From contig JALVSY010000007.1 in the NCBI GenBank assembly GCA_027036135.1, forward strand, positions 772,880-836,879: a stretch of DNA of 64,000 nucleotides, in the 5' to 3' direction. Made by a program: the position numbers and the translations under genes. The notes beneath the pieces are model-generated. The model was not told where the DNA came from. It ran no database searches and saw only the letters and a program-made list of their open reading frames with translations. Position 1 is the first letter of the stretch. Each line of letters opens with the position of its first letter. The DNA comes from Pyrodictiaceae archaeon (GTDB taxonomy: Archaea > Thermoproteota > Thermoprotei_A > Sulfolobales > Pyrodictiaceae). Shown one piece after another: positions 38,076 to 49,880 of this stretch.

Positions 38076-40157
38076 TTGGCGTTATCAGAGGTGCTAGTTG
38101 CGAGGCCTGCTCAAGAAGTGACCCTGCTTGTGCCAATAGACAAGTTGTCCAGGGCAGTGAAGGCTCTTACGGAGTGCCGTTGTCTACACCCAGAGCCCCT
38201 TGCTGTAGATCCCGCGTATAGGGCAATGATTCATCGTATTCGCGGCGACCTTGACTCTCTTGAGCAGAAGATTAGGCAGGCTCTCGAGGTAGCTGAGCAG
38301 GCGCCGATGGAGGGCGAGGTAGGCGAGGAGACACTAAAGCTTGCGCGCGAGACTGATGTAGGACTTTCGAGACTCCTTGAGCAGCTAGGCGATGCCATAA
38401 GGGGTATTGAGAGAATAGCTGAGAAACTTGCTCAGCTCCGCAACCCAGAGTCTGAGCTCTCAACTATGCTCCATGTTATAGAGTATTATAGCTTCCTTAA
38501 GGTTGATATAGAGAAGGTGCGAAAGGGGCACATAATACGAGCAAAGATCTATCGGGTACCACTTGACCGTACTGATAGCTTCCGCGAAGAGGCATCCAAG
38601 CTGGAGTCAGTACTTGTAGTAGAGCTTGGCACCATAGAGCCTAACAGAGTCACGTTCCTTGCTATCTATCCCGCTTGGCGAGAGGCTGATATCGGTCGTG
38701 TTGCTGTGCGTAATAGGGCAGAGCTTCTCGAGATACCACGTGACTTGCCTCCAATACCGGCTGAGGCTCTGAGACAAGCAAGAGAAGAGCTTGAGAATCT
38801 GCCTGCTCTCCTACAGCGCCACGTACCATTGCTACGTAGAGCATTAGTGCTTATCGACGCCGCGAAGAGGCTTGTAGCGATACTTGAGGTCGTGAAGCCG
38901 CTGAAAACACTGGCAGTTATACACGGCTACGTAGCAGCTGGCAAGATGAAGGCACTAGAGGAGTCTATGAGGAGGAACAATGTTACCTACTCAGCCATAG
39001 TGGCGGAGACCGAGACAAACAATCATGGGCATAAAGAGGGTAAGGAGGAGAAGCTACCTCCATCGTATTTCAGAGTAGGCGGCTTCTTAGCACCCTTCGC
39101 AGATCTCCTAGGAATGGGGGGCTTTCCGCGTCCAAGGGAGATAGTGCCAGCAGCTGTTATGGCTATAACACTTCCAATAATATATGGGCTAATGTTCCCT
39201 GATCTCGGTCACGGAATCGTGCTAGTCCTCATAGGCTACTACTTGTTCTACAAGAAGATGAGGAGCGAGAACCTAGGCAAGCTAGTCATAATATTTGGCT
39301 CAGCAGCGATAATAACAGGGTTCCTTAGCGGCGAGTTCTTTGGCGCCTACCCTGCCCTAGTGAGCTGGCTAACACACATATGGCACGGCCACCCACCACT
39401 GGCAAGCCCACTGCACCCCATAGCCGAGGAAGTAGTAAAGGGAGGAGGCGAGATACCACAAGGCACAGTACAACACCTATTATACAACGCCATATACGTG
39501 TCACTAGCGATAGGCGCATTCGTATTAACACTGTCATCGATATTCGCCATGATAAACGGGATAAATCTGAGAGACAAGGAAATGTTAGTAGCTGGACTAG
39601 GTAAGACACTGGTATTCGGAAGCATAGCGTTAGCACTTCTAGGCGGCCCATTCGTGGTTCATGCTATGCATCCAATAGAAGCTGCTGCGCAGGTGCTCAA
39701 AGACGCTGGGCTGACACTAATACCACACACAATAATGGGCGCCACGGTGAGAACTCTCTTTGTCATAGGATTAATCATAGCAATGATAGCACCAATTATA
39801 TACGGTCATGGAAGCTTCGGCGAGAGAGGAATGGCGGGGTTCATGGAGGCCTTCGACCTATTACTAATGGCTATTGGTAATACAGCATCCTTCATGCGAA
39901 TTATGGGCCTCATGCTAGCGCACAGCGGCTTAATGTTCGGATTCTTAATACTTGCAGTAATCAGCGGCCCAATACTTGGACCAATAGTATACATATTTGG
40001 AAATATACTAGTAATAGGCCTGGAGGCACTAGTAGCGTATGCGCACTCGCTGAGGCTGCACTTCTACGAAATGTTCAGCAAGTTCTACATCGATGGCGGC
40101 AGACTCTACACACCAATAGAGATACCACCACGTGTAAAGATAGCAATAGAGGAGTAA
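38076..40157 (+). CDS. atpI: A1Ao ATP synthase subunit I/a
   Basis: YGLMFPDLGHG, GNTASFMRI, HSLRLHFYEMFSKFY. Start likely TTG 38076 (SD GGGGGAGG). Confidence 0.95.
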   Translation: MALSEVLVARPAQEVTLLVPIDKLSRAVKALTECRCLHPEPLAVDPAYRAMIHRIRGDLDSLEQKIRQALEVAEQAPMEGEVGEETLKLARETDVGLSRLLEQLGDAIRGIERIAEKLAQLRNPESELSTMLHVIEYYSFLKVDIEKVRKGHIIRAKIYRVPLDRTDSFREEASKLESVLVVELGTIEPNRVTFLAIYPAWREADIGRVAVRNRAELLEIPRDLPPIPAEALRQAREELENLPALLQRHVPLLRRALVLIDAAKRLVAILEVVKPLKTLAVIHGYVAAGKMKALEESMRRNNVTYSAIVAETETNNHGHKEGKEEKLPPSYFRVGGFLAPFADLLGMGGFPRPREIVPAAVMAITLPIIYGLMFPDLGHGIVLVLIGYYLFYKKMRSENLGKLVIIFGSAAIITGFLSGEFFGAYPALVSWLTHIWHGHPPLASPLHPIAEEVVKGGGEIPQGTVQHLLYNAIYVSLAIGAFVLTLSSIFAMINGINLRDKEMLVAGLGKTLVFGSIALALLGGPFVVHAMHPIEAAAQVLKDAGLTLIPHTIMGATVRTLFVIGLIIAMIAPIIYGHGSFGERGMAGFMEAFDLLLMAIGNTASFMRIMGLMLAHSGLMFGFLILAVISGPILGPIVYIFGNILVIGLEALVAYAHSLRLHFYEMFSKFYIDGGRLYTPIEIPPRVKIAIEE

Positions 40158-40271
40158 ATGAGAAATAATTTTATTTACAAAATGATCTTTCCTATCCCAC
40201 ATGTTTTATGTCCCCGTGTCGTACATAAAATTAGTATCGGATGCCAGGATGCCAGAATAAGCTATGACTTA

Positions 40272-41285
40272 CTATAATGAGACGAGGTCCGTTACTCTTT
40301 GCTTTGGCTGCCTGCTATAAGCTAGTAGAGCGATTATGACAGAGTCCTCGGCGTCTAGCAATAATAGTTCAGCGAGACCTACGACTGGGTCATTCATTAC
40401 TGGTTCCCAAGTGAATATCTTCTTAGCTATTGGGCGTAGATGTTTCCTCACCTTTGCTATAAAGCCCTCTAGCGTACCGAGGTTCTCGGAGAGATTACCA
40501 TACCAGGAAGAGGTTAGTAGTCGCTTAGCTTGTTCCTGGTCAAACGATTCTACAACGTTACGTATTTCCCTACTTGATAACTTGTATGCAGCGAGGTATT
40601 TTAGGTAGGTATCTATTACTTGGCGTGCTGGCTTCATCTCTATAAGGGAGTACATCGTCTTAGCGGCAAGGATGTCCAGTCGTCCACCTATTAGTTCTCG
40701 CCCTAGCTCCGTTTCAGCAACGCCTAGTGCCTTGCTAAACGCCTTCATAAGCTCTATGTCGAGAGCTGTGCTAAGGGCTTCAGCGCTTCGCGCAGCAACC
40801 AAGACGTCATATGCAACGCTTAAACCTAGGCGACGAAGCACTTGAACCGGGTCGTTTATTCCTTCCTCAGTTAGTCGTAGAGCTTCCTGTACTAGCTTAT
40901 TCTCCGGCCAGAAGAGTTCATCACGACTAGGTATTTTTTCTCCTCGCTGCGCACGACGAACAATGAGCTCTACATCACGTATAATTGGTATAAGCGCGTA
41001 AGGTTTGTATAGGGTCACAGCTTGCTCCGGAAGAGAGTTCATTACTGCACTTAGTCCTTCAACAAACAACCTATACGCTGCACGTTCCACTTGGCTAGGG
41101 TTCGTGAACTCCTCGCCCGCGGGGAGGAACCTCGTGAGCTTCGTTGCCTGGAAGAGCTTTATAGTCGTCTCGTCCTCCGTATACTGTGCAAGAACAGCTC
41201 TAATATCATCCTCTATGCTCTGGGCCTTTGCAACAACAGTTTTTACATAAAGATATTCTGGGCCTAAGCCAGGAACTTGGCTCAA
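40272..41285 (-). CDS. atpC: A1Ao ATP synthase subunit C (divergent)
   Basis: 337 aa all-helical protein within the ATP synthase cluster; assignment mainly by size and context. Confidence 0.7.
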   Translation of the reverse strand: MSQVPGLGPEYLYVKTVVAKAQSIEDDIRAVLAQYTEDETTIKLFQATKLTRFLPAGEEFTNPSQVERAAYRLFVEGLSAVMNSLPEQAVTLYKPYALIPIIRDVELIVRRAQRGEKIPSRDELFWPENKLVQEALRLTEEGINDPVQVLRRLGLSVAYDVLVAARSAEALSTALDIELMKAFSKALGVAETELGRELIGGRLDILAAKTMYSLIEMKPARQVIDTYLKYLAAYKLSSREIRNVVESFDQEQAKRLLTSSWYGNLSENLGTLEGFIAKVRKHLRPIAKKIFTWEPVMNDPVVGLAELLLLDAEDSVIIALLAYSRQPKQRVTDLVSL

Positions 41286-41647
41286 CCCTTAATCACCTTG
41301 GCTAGTGTCTCCAGTGCTCTCTCCACAGCCCTATCGCGATTTGCCATGAGTGTCTCGAGAAGTTCCCTTTCTTCCCTCTTCCCCCTTTCTTCAAGCTCTC
41401 TTGACAGACGCTCTATCTCTTTCTCAATAATCTCGCTTATCTCCTTCTTGGCATTAGCTGCTAGCTCCTCTGCCCTGGCTCGCAACTTTGCTGCAACATT
41501 CTCGGCATATTGAATGAGCTTGGCCGCGTCCTCATCGATTCCCTGCATTGCCTTGGAAGCCTCGTTTTCTATCTCCTCAACACTCTTGAGAATCTTGTTC
41601 GCGAGTTCCTCGGCCACTACCCTGGCACCCCGGGACATCGTTACCAC
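41282..41647 (-). CDS. atpH: A1Ao ATP synthase subunit H/G
   Basis: E/K/A-rich coiled coil ending RAVERAL..L..VI; overlaps the atpC start. Confidence 0.7.
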   Translation of the reverse strand: MVTMSRGARVVAEELANKILKSVEEIENEASKAMQGIDEDAAKLIQYAENVAAKLRARAEELAANAKKEISEIIEKEIERLSRELEERGKREERELLETLMANRDRAVERALETLAKVIKG

Positions 41648-41789
41648 TAGTTCAAAGAATAAGAATGATTCGCTCTACATACATTCTCGTTAACCAACGC
41701 CTCGTAAGAGATAGTAGGAAGGCGGACAAAGAGGTAACAATGGGCCAGCAAAAATATCTAGGTAGCCCTAGGGCTGGACAAGAGACGCG

Positions 41790-44030
<2,241 letters not shown>

Positions 44031-44063
44031 CTAATCCAAGCTCGGTAAATAGGTGGCCTACAA

Positions 44064-45308
44064 GTGGAGAACAAGACCTGCTACGCTATAGTTGCATCTA
44101 GACTACGTAATAACACGTACATCGAGTGGCTTATGCATAATCTGAGTATACTTTCTGAGTCACTAGGAAGCTTCATAGGAGTCATGGATGATGAAAACTT
44201 ATCATCTAGCTTATCTTTGCTGGAGAAATGTGCTGGCATAGTGCTTGTGGTAGCAACAGGGGGCACTGAGCACGTAGTCCTAGAGCTGCGGGAGAAGCTG
44301 CAAGACAAAATGCTCCTTATTATAGCGCTACCCTATGCTAACAGCTTACCCGCTGTAATGGAGGTCGCACCTCTACTACGAAGATATAAACATACGGCGA
44401 TACACTACATGGACAAGTTCAATCCCGCATCTTATTATTTATTAAGAAGGATCATCAAAGCACTAAGAGCCACCACAAACATCCGTGAAGCAAGACTAGG
44501 CATAGTTGGCGGGATAAGCCCCTGGTTGGTGTATAGCAAGTTAAGCAATGAGAAGGCTAGAGAAATAGGCATTAAGCTTATAGAGATAGGGCTTGACGAG
44601 TTCATCAAGCTCTATAGGGAAGCTAAGCCCTCTGAGGAAATCCTTGAGAAAGTAACCACGGGCGCTACTAGGGTCTCCGTGAGCGAGGCCAGTATAACTA
44701 ATGCACTGAGAGTCTATACTGCTTTGAAAAACATTATTGAACGGTACAAGCTCCAAGCCTTAACAATCAAGTGTTTCGATTTAATAACCAGGCTGAATAC
44801 GACTGCTTGCCTAGCACTATCGCTCCTAAATTCTAGCGGATTCGTAGCTGGCTGTGAGGGCGATGTACCCGCGACTCTTGCAATGATGATTCTAAACCAG
44901 GTATCCAGCAAGCCAGCGTTCATGGCTAATCCAGCGAGGCTAAGCGATAACGGGGTCTTACTAGCTCATTGCACTGCGCCTCTCGTCTATGGACCCTATG
45001 AGCTAATGACCCACTTTGAGAGCGGCATAGGGGTTGGTATTTCAGCGAAATTCCCCATAGGTACCCCCGTAACTTTAGCGAGGCTTGACCCAGGCTCACT
45101 CAAGCTACGCGTAGGAGTTGGTGTTGTCGAGGCTTCGGGGCATCTTAGTAATTATCATTGTAGGACACAAGTGCTAGTTAGACTAGAGAATTCGAAAAGG
45201 CTATTAGAGGACAGTATAGGCAACCATTACGTGATTGCCCCGGGTAAATACGTTGAGGAGTTACGCTATGTCGCAAATCTCTTAGGCCTAGGCTACGAGA
45301 AGCTCTAG
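44064..45308 (+). CDS. L-fucose/L-arabinose isomerase-like protein
   Basis: TGGTE, NSLPAVME, KCF, GCEGD, AHCT, THFES, CRTQ, GNH. Confidence 0.8.
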   Translation: MENKTCYAIVASRLRNNTYIEWLMHNLSILSESLGSFIGVMDDENLSSSLSLLEKCAGIVLVVATGGTEHVVLELREKLQDKMLLIIALPYANSLPAVMEVAPLLRRYKHTAIHYMDKFNPASYYLLRRIIKALRATTNIREARLGIVGGISPWLVYSKLSNEKAREIGIKLIEIGLDEFIKLYREAKPSEEILEKVTTGATRVSVSEASITNALRVYTALKNIIERYKLQALTIKCFDLITRLNTTACLALSLLNSSGFVAGCEGDVPATLAMMILNQVSSKPAFMANPARLSDNGVLLAHCTAPLVYGPYELMTHFESGIGVGISAKFPIGTPVTLARLDPGSLKLRVGVGVVEASGHLSNYHCRTQVLVRLENSKRLLEDSIGNHYVIAPGKYVEELRYVANLLGLGYEKL

Positions 45309-45442
45309 CAAAAGATTCCTAGCAACACTGCTGTGAGTTTACCGTTTTCCCGAGTGGTAGTCGCCTAGTTTTGCCTAGAGAACGATTCTTTACTGGGCAG
45401 GTCATAGCAATAGACATGACAAGAATAGTGAGGGTTCTAGCC

Positions 45443-46780
45443 ATGACTAGGAAGAAGAGAGTAATAATAATGGGTGCTGGTGGAAGAGACTACCACGTAT
45501 TCAACATGATGTTCCGCAATAATCCGGACTACGAAGTAGTTGCGTTCACAGCAACTCAGATACCTGGCATCGAGTGGAGCAGGTACCCACCAAGCCTAGC
45601 AGGACCCCTGTATCCCGACGGTATACCAATATACCCAGAGGAGTGGCTACCCAAGCTGGTCAAGGATTTCGATGTTGACGAGGTAATACTTGCCTATAGC
45701 GATCTAACATACGATGAAATAGGGCATAAGCTAAGCATAGTGCTAGCTACTGGCGCCGACTTCCGCATAGTTGGTCCACGCGACACGATGATTCCGAGCT
45801 ATAAGCCAGTACTAGCTGTCACCGCGGTAAAGACAGGGGCTGGTAAAAGTACCGTGTCGAGAGCACTTGTCCGCGAGATTAAGAGCAGGAACCTTGTTCC
45901 AGCAGTAGTGAGGCACCCCATGGCCTATGGTGACCTAGAGGCCAAAAACCTCATAGTAATAAAGACCCGAGACGATATATCAAAGTACCCATTGACCATA
46001 GAGGAGAGAGAAGAGTACGAGCCATACATAGACCTAGGAGTCCCTGTCCTAGCGGGAGTAGACTACGGACTCGTTACACGCGAAGCCGAGAAACTAGGAG
46101 ACATAGTACTATGGGATGGAGGAAACAATGACTGGCCATTCATAAAACCGGATCTCTGGATAGTCGTAGCAGACGCTATGAGACCAGGCCTAGAAGCCTC
46201 TACCTTCCCAGGCGAGGTCAATGTACGAGCAGCAGACATGGCGATAATAACAAAGGCTAGCGAAGCCGGAGCAGAGAAAGTGAAGCAGGTAAAAGAGAAC
46301 CTACTAAGGCTGAACCCAAGGCTCGAGATAGCAATCGCTGATCTCGAAGTAACTGTTGACAAGCCCGAAGTGATAAAGGGCAAGAAAGTCGTGGTTGTAG
46401 AGGACTCGCCAACAGTGACGCACGGAGGAGCACCATACGCAGCAGGCTACGTGGCAGCAAAGAAGTATGGGGCAGAGATAGTTGATCCAAAGCCCTATGG
46501 CGTAGGTGTGATAAAAGAGATGTTCGAGACCTATAAACATATGGGGCCTGTAGTACCCTCAACAGGGTATACGGAGAAGCAGCTAAGAGACCTCGAGGAA
46601 ACATTGCGTAGAGTACCAGCTGACGTAATAATAATAGCTAGTCCTGCAAGGATAGAGAACATGATAAATCTTGACAAACCATATGTAAGAGTAAGCTACG
46701 AGCTCAAAGTACTAGAGGGACCAACGCCAAAAGACATCGTTGACAAGCTCTTAGAGAAGCACCCATTGCCGAGTCACTAG
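45443..46780 (+). CDS. COG2403-type P-loop protein (cDPG-synthetase paralog; arginine synthetase ArcE-like)
   Basis: RVIIMGAGGRDYHVFN...EVVAFTATQIP, TGAGKS, RHPM, TIEEREEYE, WDGGNND, EDSPTVTHGG. Start ATG 45443. Confidence 0.8.
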   Translation: MTRKKRVIIMGAGGRDYHVFNMMFRNNPDYEVVAFTATQIPGIEWSRYPPSLAGPLYPDGIPIYPEEWLPKLVKDFDVDEVILAYSDLTYDEIGHKLSIVLATGADFRIVGPRDTMIPSYKPVLAVTAVKTGAGKSTVSRALVREIKSRNLVPAVVRHPMAYGDLEAKNLIVIKTRDDISKYPLTIEEREEYEPYIDLGVPVLAGVDYGLVTREAEKLGDIVLWDGGNNDWPFIKPDLWIVVADAMRPGLEASTFPGEVNVRAADMAIITKASEAGAEKVKQVKENLLRLNPRLEIAIADLEVTVDKPEVIKGKKVVVVEDSPTVTHGGAPYAAGYVAAKKYGAEIVDPKPYGVGVIKEMFETYKHMGPVVPSTGYTEKQLRDLEETLRRVPADVIIIASPARIENMINLDKPYVRVSYELKVLEGPTPKDIVDKLLEKHPLPSH

Positions 46781-46864
46781 GCCTTTCTTCTTTTCTCCTA
46801 AAACAATCCATATTCTTACAACCAGAGTAACTCCTTCACAGGATTAGAAACAAGCGTATAGTAT

Positions 46865-47734
46865 CTAACCTAGGCCCTCTATCCGGGTTGTTAAGTCAAT
46901 CGGCTTCGCCCAGAACGGCGCGCTAGTGACTATTACGTCAACTCCTGTTACAGCATACTCCTCGATGTTTTTGAGAGAGATCCCTCCACCAACGGCTATT
47001 CTTATATTGTTATTAACTTTACGTATCTTGGTAACCATTTCACGAAGTTCGTCAGGCTCAACATGATCTAGCTGTACCTCGTCAACGACACCACTCCTAG
47101 CAACCTTTAATGCTTCATCGAGACTATCAACCTCGATAACCACTTGGCGCTCACCTATGAGTGAACGAGCTTCCTTGATTTTCTCTAATATTTTGTCTAT
47201 GCCCCTAGCAAGCCTGGTATGGTTGGGGAAGACTAGGACCGTATCGCTTATACCTACACGATGAAGAGTCGCGCCACCACACAGAACACAATGATAGTAG
47301 AGATGACGCAGCCCAGGCGGTGCTTTACGGGCAACAGCTATTACGACCTTGGGGTTTACTTTCTTGGCCTTTTCAACCATTAACCGCGTGTAGGTTGCTA
47401 CTCCAGAGCCTATGGATACGAGTGTCTGTGCTACTCTCCATCCCGCGTGTAATTGCCCGCCGCTGCCTCGTAGCGTCATTATTTCCTGGCCTGGCTCCCC
47501 CCAAGTGCCCTCGGGGGCTTCGTTCTCTACTTCGGCGCCTAGTCTCCTATAGACAGCTCCTGCTTCTTGTAGGCCGCAAATTACAGCCTTCTCGCGGAGC
47601 ACTATATGTGCTCTAGCTGGCTTATCTGCTATGCCTAGTATGGTTGTAGTAAGGTCCATGAAAGGTATATCTTCTCTTATCCATTCATCCACGAGGCTTA
47701 GTGGTAAATGAATTGAGGCCGTGCATCTCCCCAA
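46865..47734 (-). CDS. ModD / quinolinate phosphoribosyltransferase-like protein
   Basis: EDIPFMDLTT, SGVATYT, RKAPPG, HR.G.SDTVLVFPNH, QLDH, GGI. Confidence 0.85.
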   Translation of the reverse strand: MGRCTASIHLPLSLVDEWIREDIPFMDLTTTILGIADKPARAHIVLREKAVICGLQEAGAVYRRLGAEVENEAPEGTWGEPGQEIMTLRGSGGQLHAGWRVAQTLVSIGSGVATYTRLMVEKAKKVNPKVVIAVARKAPPGLRHLYYHCVLCGGATLHRVGISDTVLVFPNHTRLARGIDKILEKIKEARSLIGERQVVIEVDSLDEALKVARSGVVDEVQLDHVEPDELREMVTKIRKVNNNIRIAVGGGISLKNIEEYAVTGVDVIVTSAPFWAKPIDLTTRIEGLG

Positions 47735-47898
47735 TGAGGACCCCCTCTCTGATGCTATCCTACAGCACCAGTAGTATTTTCAGAGAAAAATAAGTACCAC
47801 ACCATAATCTTTCAAGAAGGAAACACCAATGCCAAGAGGCAATAGACTTAGAATACCTTCTCCGGGAAACGTATGCTTACACCTGGGGTGAAGAAGCC

Positions 47899-48240
47899 CT
47901 GGCAAAGAAGAAGCGGAGACAAGAGGAAGAGAGCAAGAAAGAACTATTGTTACCGAACCCCGAGGAGGGTACAATGCTATGCGTAATCACTAAGATACTT
48001 GGAGCAGACCATGTACTTCTGCGATGTCAGGACGGTGTTGAGCGGAAAGCCAGGATTAAGGGCAGCATGAGGAGAAGGGTCTGGATGAGAGAGGGAGACA
48101 TAGTCCTTGCCGCGCCCTGGGACTTTAAACCGGATAGAGCTGATATAATTCATCGCTATACTCGCGACGAGCTAAAAAGATTAGTAGAAATGGGCATAGT
48201 CTCGGAAGAGCTACTGGAGTTAGCAGAGGAGCTAGCATAG
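47899..48240 (+). CDS. eif1a: Translation initiation factor aIF-1A (probable CTG start)
   Basis: CQDGVERKARIKGSMRRRVWMREGDIVLAAPWDF; SD GGGGTGA then in-frame CTG 47899 gives MAKKKRRQEEES. Confidence 0.93.
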   Translation: MAKKKRRQEEESKKELLLPNPEEGTMLCVITKILGADHVLLRCQDGVERKARIKGSMRRRVWMREGDIVLAAPWDFKPDRADIIHRYTRDELKRLVEMGIVSEELLELAEELA

Positions 48241-48291
48241 GTATCAGAGAAAACCAAGATGCTTGCTCTTTTTGCGGGGTGCAAGTAGGCC

Positions 48292-49098
48292 CTGGGTAGG
48301 CGTCGTAGAGAGAAGCGGCTTAAGGACAAGGATCTTTTTGAAACAGTCGAAGAGGTCTGGGACGCACAGACCCTTATGGCCGCCTACGAGGTAATGAGGC
48401 GGCTGCGCCTCGATAGATTCGCTGGCGTCGTGAGCGCCGGTAAAGAGGCGAGAGTATACAGGGCAATAGGGCGTGACGGCACTGAGTACGCTGTTAAGAT
48501 CTACCTAACAGCTACAGCCGAGTTCCGCAAAAGCATATACAAGTACCTCCTAGGTGACCCAAGGTTCCAGAACGTTGACGTGAGTAACACTAAGAAATTA
48601 TTCGCGGCATGGGCCCGTAAAGAGTTCCGCAACCTTAAGAGAATGTACGAGGCTGGTGTAAGTGTTCCTAGGCCTTATCTAGTCTATCAGAACATAATAG
48701 TTATGGAGTTTATAGGTAGAAACGGGCTCAGAGCACCACTTCTACACGAGATACAGAACAAGCTAGACACCGACGAGGCAGAGGAAATCTATTGGCAAGT
48801 AGTCAATAACTATAGGAGGATTTATTGCTGCGCAAAACTAGTCCACGCCGACATGAGCGAGTACAACATAATGCTCCTAGATAACAAAGTCTATATAATA
48901 GACGTGGCCCAGGCTGTTAGCCTAGAACACCCTAACGCAAGCGACTTCCTCCGCAACGATGCACGTAACATATCCAGGTTCTTCTCCAAGCTAGGCGTTA
49001 CGAGCGCAAATAGCCCCGAACAAATACTCAAAGAAATAACTTTATGCGAGAACATAGAGTGCCCGGAGCCTAGGGAGAAGAAAGCGGGAAAGCAATAA
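48292..49098 (+). CDS. rio1: RIO1 serine kinase (probable CTG start)
   Basis: SAGKEARVY, AVKIY, WARKEFRNL, VHADMSEYN, IIDVAQAV; the N-terminal RREKRLKDKDLFETVEEVWD segment is reachable only from CTG 48292. Confidence 0.93.
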   Translation: MGRRRREKRLKDKDLFETVEEVWDAQTLMAAYEVMRRLRLDRFAGVVSAGKEARVYRAIGRDGTEYAVKIYLTATAEFRKSIYKYLLGDPRFQNVDVSNTKKLFAAWARKEFRNLKRMYEAGVSVPRPYLVYQNIIVMEFIGRNGLRAPLLHEIQNKLDTDEAEEIYWQVVNNYRRIYCCAKLVHADMSEYNIMLLDNKVYIIDVAQAVSLEHPNASDFLRNDARNISRFFSKLGVTSANSPEQILKEITLCENIECPEPREKKAGKQ

Positions 49099-49140
49099 CC
49101 ACGCCTCCTTCTCCCAGTACACCGGGGGTGCGACAAGGAG

Positions 49141-49761
49141 ATGGAGAGCAGAGAGCAAGTAAGACAAGCAAAGAGCTACGCAATGCCGCCTAGCCTCCGC
49201 CTCTACGCAAAGATACCGCCAGAGAGAATAGGCGTACTCATAGGTGAAGGAGGAAAGGTAAAAACAGAGGTTATGCGCAGGACAAGGACAAGGATAACCG
49301 TTGATAGCACTACCGGGATGGTCATTATAGAGCCAGAGGCACCAGACGTAACACCATTCATGGTGATGAAGGCCCAGGAATTCGTGAAAGCAATAGCATA
49401 TGGCTTTAGCCCGGAAAGAGCCATGAGGGTTCTCGACGAGGATCAAATACTAGTCGTTATAGATCTAAAACAGCACGTAGGCGATAGCCCTAATCACCTC
49501 CAGAGAATCAAGGGGAGAATAATCGGGGAGAAGGGGAAAGCTAGGAAAACCATAGAGGAGATGACTGGCACATACATATCGGTTTACGACCACTACGTAG
49601 CGATAATAGGTGACTACGAGACAGCAAACATAGCTAAACAAGCCATAGAGATGCTAATACAAGGCAGGCAACACAGCACAGTATACAGGTTCCTTGAACG
49701 GGCTATGTTCACGCTGCGTAGAGAGCGAATGACACGACTATGGGAGAAACCTTACCCCTAA
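49141..49761 (+). CDS. KH-domain pre-rRNA processing protein (Dim2/Pno1-like)
   Basis: RIGVLIGEGG, GFSPERA, KGRIIGEKG, G.QHSTVY; conserved aIF1A-rio1-KH gene order. Confidence 0.93.
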   Translation: MESREQVRQAKSYAMPPSLRLYAKIPPERIGVLIGEGGKVKTEVMRRTRTRITVDSTTGMVIIEPEAPDVTPFMVMKAQEFVKAIAYGFSPERAMRVLDEDQILVVIDLKQHVGDSPNHLQRIKGRIIGEKGKARKTIEEMTGTYISVYDHYVAIIGDYETANIAKQAIEMLIQGRQHSTVYRFLERAMFTLRRERMTRLWEKPYP

Positions 49762-49800
49762 TCCTCCTTATTTCAAGCCAAAAATATCAAATTACATATT

Positions 49801-49880
49801 GATTGTGAGGAGGGCCTGGATTACTGACCCTTTTGGAGTAAGGCTGGCTTGGGGATGAGGACTCTCCCGAAGACCGAGTC
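49801..49880 (+). ncRNA. Candidate box C/D guide sRNA
   Basis: GTGAGGA (49805), 12 nt, CTGA (49824) ... ATGAGGA (49855), 12 nt, CCGA (49874); short GAT/GTC terminal stem. Confidence 0.5.
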
